In this document: piece by piece, positions 20,531 through 31,902 of the stretch | Layout of the letters: each line of letters starts with the position of its first letter | Position numbering within the stretch: position 1 is the stretch's first letter | Source of the DNA: an uncultured delta proteobacterium | GTDB taxonomy: Bacteria; Desulfobacterota; Syntrophorhabdia; Syntrophorhabdales; WCHB1-27 | DNA length: 64,000 nt | Assembly: GCA_963810935.1 (NCBI GenBank) | Contig: CAWEPK010000007.1 | Location: 192,001-256,000 of the forward strand | Direction of reading: 5' to 3' | Translations under genes and position numbers: made by a program | The notes under the pieces: generated by a model | Database searches by the model: none | Told to the model about the DNA's origin: nothing | Seen by the model: the letters and a program-made list of their open reading frames with translations, nothing else

Positions 20531-22861
20531 TTGCAGCGCGTAGACCGGATGATAGCCCGGATAGACGGTTCGGCCATGCGTCACTACCTTCTGATCGCTT
20601 CCCCCGTCATCGCGGTCTTCTTCATCATCCCCATGCAGCTCTTCCTTAACGGGAGAGGATACGTTGACTGGAGCCGCCTCATACCCGCCGGGTTCGTCCT
20701 CGCCGGGTTATGCGCCTATCTCATCCTGGCCGCGGCCGTATGGGTCCTGCTTAAAGGACGTCCGCGGTGGGCCTATCTATTCTCGACGGCCATGTTCTGG
20801 CTCGGCCTTTACGTGCTTCTCTCGTTCGTCTTTGTGCCGCCGAAAATCACGCTGCTCGACGGGCGCCCCCTTCTCAGCAGCCAGCCGCTGAACCGTACGA
20901 TCGAGCAGGCGGTCTTGTTCCTCCTGGCGGCAGTAGCGGCGTTTCGCGTGAGATCGCACCGGACGTCCGCGTTCGGCCTCTTCACCGTCGCCTTTCTTCT
21001 TGTCGTTTCCCTTTCGTACGGCGCGCTTGTCGCCGCTTCCGGCCATCCGGCAGCCCACGCGGCCGATGCACGCCGGAATACGGCGGTATCAGGCGATATC
21101 AGCCACGGCGTTACCGGCCGCCCCGATACGACGATACGCGGCAACGTCTACCACATAGTCCTCGACGAGATGCAGGGCAACGTGGCGCTCGCCCGCCTCC
21201 GCGACAAAAGAAACGCGGACGCCTTTCCAGGCTTCACGTTTTTCAAAAACACGATATCGAACTATCTCTATACGTACCAGTCCTTCCACAGCTACTTCAC
21301 GGGGACGGTGTACGACGCCGTCGACTACGCGAAATGGGTAGACGGGTATAAGACGGGGGGCCTCCTGAACGATCTCCAAAAAAGGGGATACCGGATCACC
21401 GAATATACCCCCGCCTTCCTGGATTTCGCCAGGTCCCCCTCGGTGCATTTGACGAGCGAGGAGGTCTTCAGGGAGAAGTACGGCTCGCCTCTATACTCGA
21501 TAAAAGACTTTACGCAGATCTGGCTTGCCAGGGTGATGCCCAACTTCGGGACCAACGCCGCCCTCGCCGCAGGCCGCAGTCTGGGCGCTCGGATAGAGGC
21601 TTCCTTGGAAGGGCCGTCGTATGCGGCCCATGTACCCACATCCGACGATGAAGGCATACATCCGTTCTCTGCCGTTTTGACGGTCGAGAGGGCCATGAAG
21701 GACGAGCCGAAGAGGGCCGCCGCCGGCGAGTATGTATACCTGCACGCCCTTGTCCCGCACGAGCCGTACGTCCTGGACGACGAGTGCAGGTACCGGCCTG
21801 CGTGGAAGGCGCCGCTTACCCGGAGATACGACGCCCAGACGGGCTGCGCCATCAACCTGGTCTCGCGGTATCTCGCGATGCTCAGGGCGCTCGGCCGGTA
21901 CGACGATGCGACAATAATAATCCAGTCCGACCACGGCTCGAACCTCGGGCCGCGTGGGGAGTACGGACCGAGCGCCCTTTCGGCAGCACCGGCGGAGGAG
22001 AACGGCGGACTCCCGTTTGCGGACAACCAGACGGGGTGGTCGAAGAGCGCGGTCAGGGGACGGATCATGGCGACCCTGATGATAAAACCCGCCCGAAGCG
22101 TCCATCCATTTGCCGTTTCCGAAGAGCCGGCCCAGTTGCTTGATGTCTATCCCAGCTTAGCTGCCCTTCTCGGTATGAAAGCAGGCCAAAAAGAGATGGC
22201 CGGCAGAGACCTTTTCGACGACGCGCATGCGCCAGGGCGCCGGCTCTCTTTTTATGTAACTCCGAACGAGGTGGACAAGCCTCCGGGCATAGTGGTCGTC
22301 GATGTCGCAAACCCTCGCGATCTTTTGCGGTCCCCCCTTACGGTGCGAGAGGTCGTCCGTCAGCGAAGGGTCGCCTACCTCCCCGAAAAGGGGCTCTCCG
22401 TCGATATCGGCGCCCCCGGAGAAGAAGGGGTATGGCTCCAGGGCTTTTTTTCAAAGGAAGAGGAGCCCCATGCAGGCGGGACCATTTACTCGCGATGGGC
22501 GGGGGGAAAAGAAAGCACGGTAAAGTTCCTGGGCGTCCAGGTGCGCCGCCGGACACGGCTCTTGCTCGATTTCGATATCGAGCCTTTTCTTGTCATGAGA
22601 AACAGGAAAATACTCGTCAAATCTCCCCTTACTACGGCCGAGGTCATCGTGAAACCCGGTTGGAACAGCTACAGGGTGGCCCTTGAGTTTCCGGCGGGAG
22701 AAGAGATTACCGTCACCATCGGGCATGAAAAATCCGCAAGTCTTCGGGCGCTCGGCCTCAACAATAACGACGAGCGCGAGCTTGCGGTCCACTGGAGAAA
22801 GATCGGCGTGAGCTATGCGCCACCCGGCATGCCGCGGGCGAACGGAAAAAACGTGAGCTGA
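20531..22861 (+). CDS. Membrane-anchored sulfatase/alkaline-phosphatase-superfamily transferase
   Basis: ~5 N-terminal TMs; NVYHIVLDE, HALVPHEPY, IIIQSDHG. Confidence 0.75.
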   Translation: MQRVDRMIARIDGSAMRHYLLIASPVIAVFFIIPMQLFLNGRGYVDWSRLIPAGFVLAGLCAYLILAAAVWVLLKGRPRWAYLFSTAMFWLGLYVLLSFVFVPPKITLLDGRPLLSSQPLNRTIEQAVLFLLAAVAAFRVRSHRTSAFGLFTVAFLLVVSLSYGALVAASGHPAAHAADARRNTAVSGDISHGVTGRPDTTIRGNVYHIVLDEMQGNVALARLRDKRNADAFPGFTFFKNTISNYLYTYQSFHSYFTGTVYDAVDYAKWVDGYKTGGLLNDLQKRGYRITEYTPAFLDFARSPSVHLTSEEVFREKYGSPLYSIKDFTQIWLARVMPNFGTNAALAAGRSLGARIEASLEGPSYAAHVPTSDDEGIHPFSAVLTVERAMKDEPKRAAAGEYVYLHALVPHEPYVLDDECRYRPAWKAPLTRRYDAQTGCAINLVSRYLAMLRALGRYDDATIIIQSDHGSNLGPRGEYGPSALSAAPAEENGGLPFADNQTGWSKSAVRGRIMATLMIKPARSVHPFAVSEEPAQLLDVYPSLAALLGMKAGQKEMAGRDLFDDAHAPGRRLSFYVTPNEVDKPPGIVVVDVANPRDLLRSPLTVREVVRQRRVAYLPEKGLSVDIGAPGEEGVWLQGFFSKEEEPHAGGTIYSRWAGGKESTVKFLGVQVRRRTRLLLDFDIEPFLVMRNRKILVKSPLTTAEVIVKPGWNSYRVALEFPAGEEITVTIGHEKSASLRALGLNNNDERELAVHWRKIGVSYAPPGMPRANGKNVS

Positions 22862-22865
22862 TGGT

Positions 22866-24188
22866 ATGAGGCCGCCTTTCCTCAACAAGATAATCGAGCC
22901 GAAAGACGTCCCCCTGCAGGTGTTGAAAATAATATTTGTCGCGACGGCGGCCAATGCTATTTTCCTGTCTATAGCATTTGCCCTGGGGAGAGGACCGGGC
23001 ACTTTTATCTTTGTCGGCGACGTGTTCGCGGATTACCTGAAAGTTGTCCTTTCGTATCCCGGCGCTTTCGAAGTACCGCAGAACAGCCGTTTAGGCCTGA
23101 CTGCACTCGTGTCCGATTACGTCTTAAATAATCCCCATTTAGGCGTAGAGGGGCTTGAGATAGGGGCCCTTACTCATTTTCACCTGCCGCCCCTCTCGAC
23201 TGCTTATGCACTGTTCAGCCTCCGCCTGATGAAGCTTCTCGGCCCGCAGCTTGTTCTTTATCTGATGATTTTTTTAGCCGTTCTCGCACTATACGGGGTT
23301 GCAAGGGAAATCAGCTCGGACAGGAGAACATCGGCGGCCTGGCTCGGCTGCTTCTTGCTCTCTTACCCCTCTCTGTTTATATTGCAGAGAGCGAACCTGT
23401 TCTCTGCGGCGACTTCTATCCTCATCATCTACTACATGGTGTTCCTGCAAAAAGGCAAGAACACCGGCATTGCTATTTTCCTGCTTGCCCTTGCCGTAAA
23501 TATAAAACCGAATGCCGTCATCTTCGCTCTCGGCCTGTTTCTGGTCAGAGATGGAAAAGTTCTGTCCAGGCTCATTCTATTCTCAGCGTTATCGTGCGCG
23601 GTTTTCGCTGCGTCGCTGGCTGTCTCGACGGCGTTGTATCCCGCATATTCGATCCCTAATTTTCTTTCAGCGTTGAGGATATGGCGCACGATGTACGTCG
23701 TCGGAGACCTGGGCATCGCCTATAACTCTTCCGTTTTCACGCTGCTGAAATATATATTCGGTTACCACGAATACCTTGAATCGTCTTGCCTGCTCGGCTC
23801 ATTGGCCCTGATGCTGATCGGTTTTCGGCTCTACCTCAAAAGATCGCTTAACGCCACGTCGTTCGTATTTGTAATGTGCGCCGCATACATGATCGGCACG
23901 ACCCACTCGTGCGATTATCATTTGTTAATTTTCTTTATCCCGCTTATATTTTTGAGCATGGAGCCGCGCGGGGCCGCTTTGTCATCGATCCTCTGCGGAC
24001 GCAACGGTCGTTCATACGCGGTTATCTTTGTCGTTTCCTGTTTTCTCCTGTCGCCTAAAAATTATATTGTCTATTACGGCGTATCCCTGCTTGTACTGCT
24101 CAACCCCGTCGTCATCGCGGCGGGTGTCGTCCTTATATATTTTTATTCCGTTGTATCTCCCGATAGCCGTAATGAGGCGGCAGGCTGA
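22866..24188 (+). CDS. Polytopic GT-C glycosyltransferase (GT87/DUF2029-like)
   Basis: Many TMs; FADY, YPSLFILQRAN, LAVNIKP. Confidence 0.65.
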   Translation: MRPPFLNKIIEPKDVPLQVLKIIFVATAANAIFLSIAFALGRGPGTFIFVGDVFADYLKVVLSYPGAFEVPQNSRLGLTALVSDYVLNNPHLGVEGLEIGALTHFHLPPLSTAYALFSLRLMKLLGPQLVLYLMIFLAVLALYGVAREISSDRRTSAAWLGCFLLSYPSLFILQRANLFSAATSILIIYYMVFLQKGKNTGIAIFLLALAVNIKPNAVIFALGLFLVRDGKVLSRLILFSALSCAVFAASLAVSTALYPAYSIPNFLSALRIWRTMYVVGDLGIAYNSSVFTLLKYIFGYHEYLESSCLLGSLALMLIGFRLYLKRSLNATSFVFVMCAAYMIGTTHSCDYHLLIFFIPLIFLSMEPRGAALSSILCGRNGRSYAVIFVVSCFLLSPKNYIVYYGVSLLVLLNPVVIAAGVVLIYFYSVVSPDSRNEAAG

Positions 24189-24189
24189 A

Positions 24190-25107
24190 TCAGCGCAGCG
24201 CCCCGGCGGCCCCACTGCGGTTTTCGTCGATCAGGAAACCCGCCTCGCGCATATGGTGCGCCCGCCGGAATGGCGTCGTCTTTGCGTGATTAACCCTTAT
24301 TTTGATGAGGTCGCAAAGCATGTTGAGGGGATCGCGGATTATCCTTACATGACTGTGGACCGGATTCTGGAGAGTCACCGGGATCTCTTTTATCCTGAAT
24401 TTGTGCTTCCCCGCCAGGAATATTATTTCCGAATCGAAGGCAAAGCGCTTTACCGTCATCAGCGGGAAGATCGCCATGGCGGCTTCCCGCGTGAAGACCT
24501 TGAATCCGCATTGGGCATCTTTTATCCGGTAGTCGTTCATGATCGTTGCCCTTATGCGCCGGAAAGCCCTTTCCATGACCTTCCGGTACCATAACGCCTT
24601 CCACGTACTCTTTCCTCCAGGTATGAACCTGGAAGCGATTGCGAGGTGGCACCCCTTTTTGATCTCCGCTACGAATTTCCCCAATTCCTCGATCGGGATC
24701 CCCAGGTCTGCGTCCAGGAACATTATGATATCGTTCTTGCTCCTGAGGACGCCGTCTTTGACCACCTTGCCTTTTCCCTGGTTTACGGGATTGTCGATGA
24801 TCGCCAAGGGGACCCTGCGTTGAATTCTCAGCAGCTCGTCCATGGTTTTATCCGTGCTCCCGTCGTTGACGGCAATGATCTCGAAAGTTTCAAAATGGCG
24901 GCTGAGATAGTAGTGCACTTTCCGGATATTCCCGTAAATATTCCTCTCTTCATTGAAGCAGGGGATGACTACGGACAGCTTCTCCGTGTGAGCCGTTTTC
25001 CCCGAGGTGATGCAGGAGATATCCGTGATTTTGTCCCGGAGGAAGGCAGGCATGGCGGCTGCCGGCAAGCTTCCGGACGATTCTCCCCTGATATGCCCGT
25101 TCTGCAC
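24190..25107 (-). CDS. GT2 dolichyl/polyprenol-phosphate glycosyltransferase
   Basis: SVVIPCFNEE, VNDGSTDKT, NQGKG, FLDAD, DAQCGFK, FAFDSE; start uncertain. Confidence 0.9.
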   Translation of the reverse strand: MQNGHIRGESSGSLPAAAMPAFLRDKITDISCITSGKTAHTEKLSVVIPCFNEERNIYGNIRKVHYYLSRHFETFEIIAVNDGSTDKTMDELLRIQRRVPLAIIDNPVNQGKGKVVKDGVLRSKNDIIMFLDADLGIPIEELGKFVAEIKKGCHLAIASRFIPGGKSTWKALWYRKVMERAFRRIRATIMNDYRIKDAQCGFKVFTREAAMAIFPLMTVKRFAFDSEIIFLAGKHKFRIKEIPVTLQNPVHSHVRIIRDPLNMLCDLIKIRVNHAKTTPFRRAHHMREAGFLIDENRSGAAGALR

Positions 25108-25339
25108 GTGTTAAGCCCCTTTCCGAAACCCCAAGGACCCGATTAGGAATTACGTCTCGACTCAATCCGGCTTGCAAATATTTACGTAATGGCTGTCATG
25201 GAATGCCGCATTATACCGTAGAGAGAATGTGAGGGGAAGAGTTTTTTACGACGCCCGATAAGGGGGTGCCCCTTCCATTTACGAAGCGGCGGTACTATAT
25301 AAAAAAACATCAGGAATATAGGACCCTAAGGAGGCAGTC

Positions 25340-26014
25340 ATGAAGTCAAGGTTGGTTTTGGTTATCGTTTGCTTACTGTCTGCGGCTGTTTTGGCCGGCT
25401 GTTCCAGCAAGCCGCCGGCGGCATCGGAAGTACCGATGTCCTCTCAGATGCAGAAGACCGAGTGGAACCCTGACGTGATGGTCTACAAGAACCCGGACAT
25501 TAATATGGCCACATACAGGCGCGTCGTGCTTCTCCCCGTAGAGATATATACGGGTCCTGACGCGGAATTCCACGGAGCGAGCGCCGAAGAGCAGCAGGAG
25601 ATGGCGCAGTATCTCCGTGCGCAGGTAGAGAAGAACCTGCGGGAGAAGGGCCTGCTCGCGCGCGAGCCGGGGCCCGGCGTCGCCAACCTCAAGCTGATCC
25701 TTGCGGGGCTTGATAAGACGCGGCCCGTCGCTTCAACGATCACCCATGCCCTGCCTGTCGGCCTCGCCCTGAACCTGGGGAAGGGGGCGATGGGGAAGAA
25801 CGGTTCTTTCATGGGGAACGCTACTGTGGGCGGCGAGTTCACCGACTCGACCACCGGCGCCCTGGTTGCGTCGTTCCTTGCGAAAGAGGCGCCGAACGCG
25901 ATGGATGTCACGGCCGTGCCTACCGAGTGGGGCGCGTCGAAAAGGGCGCTCGAGAAGGTGGCCGAGCAGATAGGCGACCGCCTGCAGAAGATACAGGTCG
26001 GCCAGGCCGGATAG
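25340..26014 (+). CDS. DUF3313-like lipoprotein
   Basis: RBS aaggagg; lipobox LAGC; GEFTDSTTGALVA. Confidence 0.7.
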   Translation: MKSRLVLVIVCLLSAAVLAGCSSKPPAASEVPMSSQMQKTEWNPDVMVYKNPDINMATYRRVVLLPVEIYTGPDAEFHGASAEEQQEMAQYLRAQVEKNLREKGLLAREPGPGVANLKLILAGLDKTRPVASTITHALPVGLALNLGKGAMGKNGSFMGNATVGGEFTDSTTGALVASFLAKEAPNAMDVTAVPTEWGASKRALEKVAEQIGDRLQKIQVGQAG

Positions 26015-26033
26015 AGGTAACGACTGCGGGACA

Positions 26034-26085
26034 GGGACGGACCCGCTTGCGAAGCGAAAGCAGCAAAAGAGGACGGGTCTGTCCC
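26034..26085. repeat. GGGACRGACCC / GGGTCTGTCCC inverted REP-like pair
   Basis: gggacggacccg (26034-26045) and cgggtctgtccc (26074-26085). Confidence 0.5.
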
Positions 26086-26206
26086 GATCCGGCCCCGGAA
26101 GCAGCGTGAGCGCCATCGGCGTCTTCACAATGGCGAAATAGGGCCTCGCGACCATAAAGCAAGCGAATGCGCCGCGCCGAGCAACTGTGTTCGATGTCAA
26201 GGCTTT

Positions 26207-27312
<1,106 letters not shown>

Positions 27313-27463
27313 GCATATAAGATACAAGGGGGGAGGCCGGGGCACCCGCCCGACGTAAGGAGGGAAGGCTCGGGCTTTGCCCGTGGAGGGGGTGCTGAGC
27401 CCCAATAATTGTCAAGCAGGAGATAAGGATCGGGTATCGAAATACCTGCTGCTTGCAGCAGGT

Positions 27464-27539
27464 ATAAAGCAAGCGAAGCGCCGCGCCGAGCGGGGAGGCT
27501 CGCCGGGCTTCGCCCGGCGAGGGGGCGCTGAGCCCCAAT
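27464..27539. repeat. REP-like element, intact copy of the IS110 target repeat
   Basis: ataaagcaagcgaagcgccgcgccgagcggggagg...gagggggcgctgagccccaat; paralogous to 26154-26181 joined to 27329-27406. Confidence 0.75.
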
Positions 27540-27576
27540 GATTGCGTCTTTCGCGAAAACTGCGGCATCTGCTATA

Positions 27577-28152
27577 ATGGATTACCCAGGAGGCGCATTG
27601 GGCGCGAGACATCCGTTGCTGCGAACGCTGTTCCACGTTTTGGGCGCAGTCATCCCGCTTACGTACATTGCGTGGGGCAGGGGCGCGGCCCTTGGCCTGG
27701 CTACGGCGGTTTTTGTGCTGATGGCGGCGTGCGAGGCCTTGCGGCTCACTGGGATTTTAGCGCCGCCTGTCCTGAAAGGCCAGTTGAAAGAGAAAGAGGC
27801 GCGAAGGCCGACAGGCGCGTTGTTTTATGCAGGCTCGTGCCTGCTCGCCATACTGATCTTCGAGAAGTGGATAGCTGTAGCCTCGATCTTCGTCCTCATC
27901 GTGTCCGATCCGCTGTCGTCGCTGATCGGGTCGAGGTGGGGCAGGCGGAAGCTGCTCGGGAAGACGCTCGAGGGGACGGCGGTCTTCTTCGCGTCTGCGG
28001 CGGTCGTGATAGCCTGCTTTCACTTCGGGGCTGCGGCAGCGATAGCGGGCGCGTGCGCGGGGACGGCGGCGGAGCTGTTTTCGGGGCGGGCGGTGGACGA
28101 TAATTTCACCATCCCCCTGGCGTGTGGGTTTACGCTGTGGGCGTTGCATTAA
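27577..28152 (+). CDS. Phytol/dolichol kinase family membrane protein
   Basis: RTLFH, DPLSSLIGSRWG, GKTLEG, DDNFTIP; alternative TTG start at 27598. Confidence 0.85.
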   Translation: MDYPGGALGARHPLLRTLFHVLGAVIPLTYIAWGRGAALGLATAVFVLMAACEALRLTGILAPPVLKGQLKEKEARRPTGALFYAGSCLLAILIFEKWIAVASIFVLIVSDPLSSLIGSRWGRRKLLGKTLEGTAVFFASAAVVIACFHFGAAAAIAGACAGTAAELFSGRAVDDNFTIPLACGFTLWALH

Positions 28153-28265
28153 CATCTGTTAACCAACCGGTGTTCAAAAGCGTTAACATAAGGAGCATGT
28201 GGACCATGACTCCATTGCCTGTATTTCGGCCTATATAAAGACAATCCGCTCTGCCTGCAATCACA

Positions 28266-28363
28266 TTGTATACAAGGCATGTGCTTTGCATACAATCGTG
28301 GCAGGTATTGTAAACAATATATGGCATATGCGGCTTGACAGTGTCGGGCGCATGATGTAGAAC
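28266..28363 (+). promoter_or_regulatory. Three TTGTATACAA-type operators upstream of a sigma70 promoter for dsbL-dsbI-assT
   Basis: ttgtatacaa 28266, ttgcatacaa 28286, ttgtaaacaa 28308; TTGACA(28335)-17bp-TAGAAC. Confidence 0.65.
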
Positions 28364-28487
28364 AGTCAGAACCGATTGGCGTCGCCGTCGGTTGCGCGGC
28401 CGGACAACGACCGTACTTGTTAAGAAGGCAGGTTGCCCAGTAAGCATGCGTGAGTCTCACCAAACCAGATCGAGAAGGAAAAATCCT

Positions 28488-29159
28488 ATGAGCAATGCGT
28501 TCGCAAGACACGGCTCCGTGGGACTGCTGTCGGTCCTCGTGCTCGTCATTCTCGCTGCGACGGCCTTTGCCGCCGCCCAGGAGGGCGTCGATTACCTGGT
28601 CCTGGAGAAACCGGTCCCCAACATGGCCAACACCGTATTGAAGGTCTTCAGCTACGACTGCCCGTTCTGCTACAGGTACGACAAGGCCGTCACCGCCAAC
28701 GTCGCGGCCATCCTGGCGAAGGACGGCGTAAAGTTTACCGTGTGGCACCTCAAGAACAAAGGGCAGTACGGCGTCCAGGCGAGCGAGGTTTTTGCCGCGC
28801 TGATCACCAAAGACCAGAAGGCGGGCCTCGGCCTTTTCGACGACAAGGCATCGTTCAAGAAAGCAAAGTTCGCCTATTACACGGCCTATCACGATAAGAG
28901 GGAAAGATGGGACAAAGGCGCGGACGCATTCATCGGGACGGGCCTTGAGGCAGCGGGCGTCTCCAGGCCTGAGTTCCAGGCGCTCCTGAAGGACCCCGCC
29001 ACCCAGGCGAGACTCAAGGATTGGGAGGGCGCGGTCAACATAGCAAAGATACAGGGCATCCCCGCCTTCGTCGTCAAGGGAAAGTACCTGCTTTATACGA
29101 AAAGCATAAAATCGATCGACGGGATGGCGGAAACGATTAAAGAGCTGATGGCGAAGTAG
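28488..29159 (+). CDS. dsbL: DsbA/DsbL-type thiol:disulfide oxidoreductase
   Basis: Signal peptide; KVFSYDCPFCY; IQGIPAFVV.GKYL; next to dsbI and assT. Confidence 0.88.
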   Translation: MSNAFARHGSVGLLSVLVLVILAATAFAAAQEGVDYLVLEKPVPNMANTVLKVFSYDCPFCYRYDKAVTANVAAILAKDGVKFTVWHLKNKGQYGVQASEVFAALITKDQKAGLGLFDDKASFKKAKFAYYTAYHDKRERWDKGADAFIGTGLEAAGVSRPEFQALLKDPATQARLKDWEGAVNIAKIQGIPAFVVKGKYLLYTKSIKSIDGMAETIKELMAK

Positions 29160-29194
29160 GCGGCCTGTCAGGGGGGCAGGTTGCTCCGCAGGGA

Positions 29195-29857
29195 GTGAGT
29201 GTGAATTTCATCGGGAAGATAGCCGGCCTTCCGGACCGCCGGCTGCCGTGGGTTTTAATGGTCGTTATAGCCCTCGGCCTCGAGCAGACGGCTTACCACG
29301 TATTCCAGAAGTGGCTCTTCATGAGGCCGTGCGAGCAGTGCGTATACATCAGGTTCGCCATGCTCTGCCTGGTCGTCGCGGGGCTCGTCGGAGCAGTAAA
29401 CCCCAGGAGCACAATCCTCAAGATTGCAGGTTGCGCCATAGCCGTCTTCGGGGCGGTGAAAGGCATCGGCTACTCCCTCACGTTATATAAGGTCCACACG
29501 GCCATCATGAGCGACAACCCCTTCGGCGTGCAGGGGTGCAGCTACACGCCTACGTTCCCGTTCCATCTGCCTTTGCACCGTTGGTTCCCCGGCACGTTCC
29601 TTCCTACCGGCGACTGCGGCATCGACTATCCCATAGTGCCGTCGGGCGCCGCGCTGGGCGGGTTGCAGAAATACTTTATCGATTTGTACAGGGACGGCTG
29701 GTATCTGATACCGTCCCGCCGCTTTATGACCATGGAGCAGGCCATGCTGCTTTGCTTCGGCGTGTTCCTGGCCGCAATCGTTCTTTGTCTGGTCGCATGG
29801 GTTATCAGGGAAGTAAGAAACAGGCGTCGTGGGCTCGAATTACCAGGAAGGAGGTAA
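29195..29857 (+). CDS. dsbI: DsbB/DsbI-type disulfide bond formation protein
   Basis: MRPCEQCVYIR; PFGVQGCS; PTGDCG. Confidence 0.88.
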   Translation: MSVNFIGKIAGLPDRRLPWVLMVVIALGLEQTAYHVFQKWLFMRPCEQCVYIRFAMLCLVVAGLVGAVNPRSTILKIAGCAIAVFGAVKGIGYSLTLYKVHTAIMSDNPFGVQGCSYTPTFPFHLPLHRWFPGTFLPTGDCGIDYPIVPSGAALGGLQKYFIDLYRDGWYLIPSRRFMTMEQAMLLCFGVFLAAIVLCLVAWVIREVRNRRRGLELPGRR

Positions 29858-29861
29858 TCTT

Positions 29862-31691
29862 ATGCAAGGGCGTAAGACAGTTTTATCGTTGTTGGCGGTG
29901 TTGTTTGTACTGGCGCTTACCGCCTCGATGGCGCTGGCCATCGGCGGCCCTTCGGGTCCGAAGCTCGATTACACCGTAACGGGGAAGCTCGGCGAGGTAG
30001 TCATGAACCCGTACGGCATCGCCCCGCTGACAGCGGTCATCAAGAACGGCGGCTACTATGTGACCAATGCCAGAGTCACCATCGTCCCCAGGGAGGGCGG
30101 CCAGACCATCAGCTACATGGTGAGCGATAAGCATTGCAGGACGCACGGCGGCATCCCCGTATTCGGTCTTTATCCCGATTACGTGAACACGGTCCAGGTC
30201 GAGTACGACAGGACTTACGTCAAGAAGACCGAGCACTTCAAAGAGACCTACAAAATGTATGCCCCGGCGGTCTACGTAGACCCTTCCGGCGTGCCGGTCC
30301 AAAAGGGGCCTTTCTTCGGCTCGATCAAAGTGACGAAGGTCGATCCCGAGTTCAAGGACAGGCTCTATTTCGTGAACAACATCGCCCTCAAGAGCGGCAA
30401 GGGCACCAAGGTCGTCTGGAACAACCCGATGGGCGGCGCGCTCGAATGGAACTACAACCCGGAGTGCTTTATCCTCGATACGACCGGCGCGATCAGGTGG
30501 TACATGCTGCCCGAGCCTATCTACCACATGAAATCGGCTTTCCACGCGGGCGTCATGATGGGCTTCAGACAGAACGCGGACGGAGCCGTGTCCTGGGGTT
30601 ACGGGCAGAGGTACGTCAAATACGACATCATGGGCAGGGAGGTCTTCAACAGGGAGCTGCCCGCCTCATACAACGACTTTTCCCATTCCATGTACAACGA
30701 CCCGAACGGCCATTATTTCCTGAGGGTCGCAAGCTCCGACTACAGGCGTCTTGACGGCAAGAACGTAAGGACCGTCCGCGACGTCATCGTGGAGGTTGAC
30801 GAGAACGGCAACGCCGTCGACGACTGGAAGCTTTTCGACATCCTCGACTCGTACAGGGACATCGTTATAAAAGTCCTCGATCAGGGCGCCGTATGCCTCA
30901 ATATCGACGCGACCCAGGCGGGCCATACGGTAACCGCGGAAGATCTTGCCAAGCTGGATAAATCAGACAGGTTCGGCGACGTCGTGGGCGTCAGCCCCGG
31001 CAGGAACTGGGCGCACGTCAACAGCGTCTACCATGACGCGGCCGATGACTCCATCATTATCTCTTCGCGCCACCAGAGTGCAGTCGTAAAGATCGGCAGG
31101 GACAAGCAGATCAAATGGATCCTCGGCAGCCCGGAAGGCTGGAAGCCGGAGTTCCAGGCCAAGTTCCTGACCCCCGTCGATGCAAGCGGCAAGAAGCTCG
31201 ACTGTAAAAACAGCAAGTGCGCCGGGACGACCTTTGACTTTCCCTGGACCCAGCACACCGCTTTCAAGATCGAGAGCATGAGCAAGGGCGACGTCTTGTG
31301 GCTCTCCATTTTTGACAACGGCGACGCCAGGGGCATGGAGCAGCCGGCCCTGCCTACCATGAAATATTCACGCTCGGTGATCTACAAGATAGACCAGAAG
31401 AAGAAGACCGTGGAGCAAGTCTGGGAATACGGCAAAGAGCGCGGCTTCGACTGGTACAGCTCGGTTACGTCGATCACCGAATACCAGCCGGACAAGAACT
31501 CGATATTCGTCTATTCCGCGACCGCGGGCATGCAGTTCGACATCGCCACGGGGATGCCGGTGGGCGTGCCGAGCCCGGAGATCGACGAATTCAAATGGAT
31601 GGCCAAGGAGCCTTCCGTCCAGATAAGGATGACTCCCGCTTTAGGCTACCAGGCATTCCCTTTCAGCCTCGGCAGCGCGTTCTCCAAATAG
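29862..31691 (+). CDS. assT: Periplasmic aryl-sulfate sulfotransferase
   Basis: AIGGPSGP, NPYGIAPLTA, DFSH, GRNWAHVNS, SSRHQSA, WTQH, FDNGDAR. Confidence 0.92.
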   Translation: MQGRKTVLSLLAVLFVLALTASMALAIGGPSGPKLDYTVTGKLGEVVMNPYGIAPLTAVIKNGGYYVTNARVTIVPREGGQTISYMVSDKHCRTHGGIPVFGLYPDYVNTVQVEYDRTYVKKTEHFKETYKMYAPAVYVDPSGVPVQKGPFFGSIKVTKVDPEFKDRLYFVNNIALKSGKGTKVVWNNPMGGALEWNYNPECFILDTTGAIRWYMLPEPIYHMKSAFHAGVMMGFRQNADGAVSWGYGQRYVKYDIMGREVFNRELPASYNDFSHSMYNDPNGHYFLRVASSDYRRLDGKNVRTVRDVIVEVDENGNAVDDWKLFDILDSYRDIVIKVLDQGAVCLNIDATQAGHTVTAEDLAKLDKSDRFGDVVGVSPGRNWAHVNSVYHDAADDSIIISSRHQSAVVKIGRDKQIKWILGSPEGWKPEFQAKFLTPVDASGKKLDCKNSKCAGTTFDFPWTQHTAFKIESMSKGDVLWLSIFDNGDARGMEQPALPTMKYSRSVIYKIDQKKKTVEQVWEYGKERGFDWYSSVTSITEYQPDKNSIFVYSATAGMQFDIATGMPVGVPSPEIDEFKWMAKEPSVQIRMTPALGYQAFPFSLGSAFSK

Positions 31692-31704
31692 CGATCTTAT
31701 AAGA

Positions 31705-31792
31705 CCGGGGCGGCCGCAAGATGCGCGGCCGCCCCGGCTTTCACACCCTGCATACACCAACCCGGCCGCGGGATGCGCGGCCGGGTTTTCTT
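31705..31792 (+). terminator. Two tandem related GC hairpins after assT
   Basis: ccggggcggccgc..gcggccgccccgg+cttt and aacccggccgcg..cgcggccgggtttt. Confidence 0.7.
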
Positions 31793-31902
31793 ATCTGCCC
31801 CACAAGTTCTTCTGTCGTGAAAAAGGGCGCTGCTTATGTTTTTATATTATGATACCTTTCGTAAGTGCCGTGGTGCCCATACCGCCCGGTGAGGAGGCCG
31901 TT

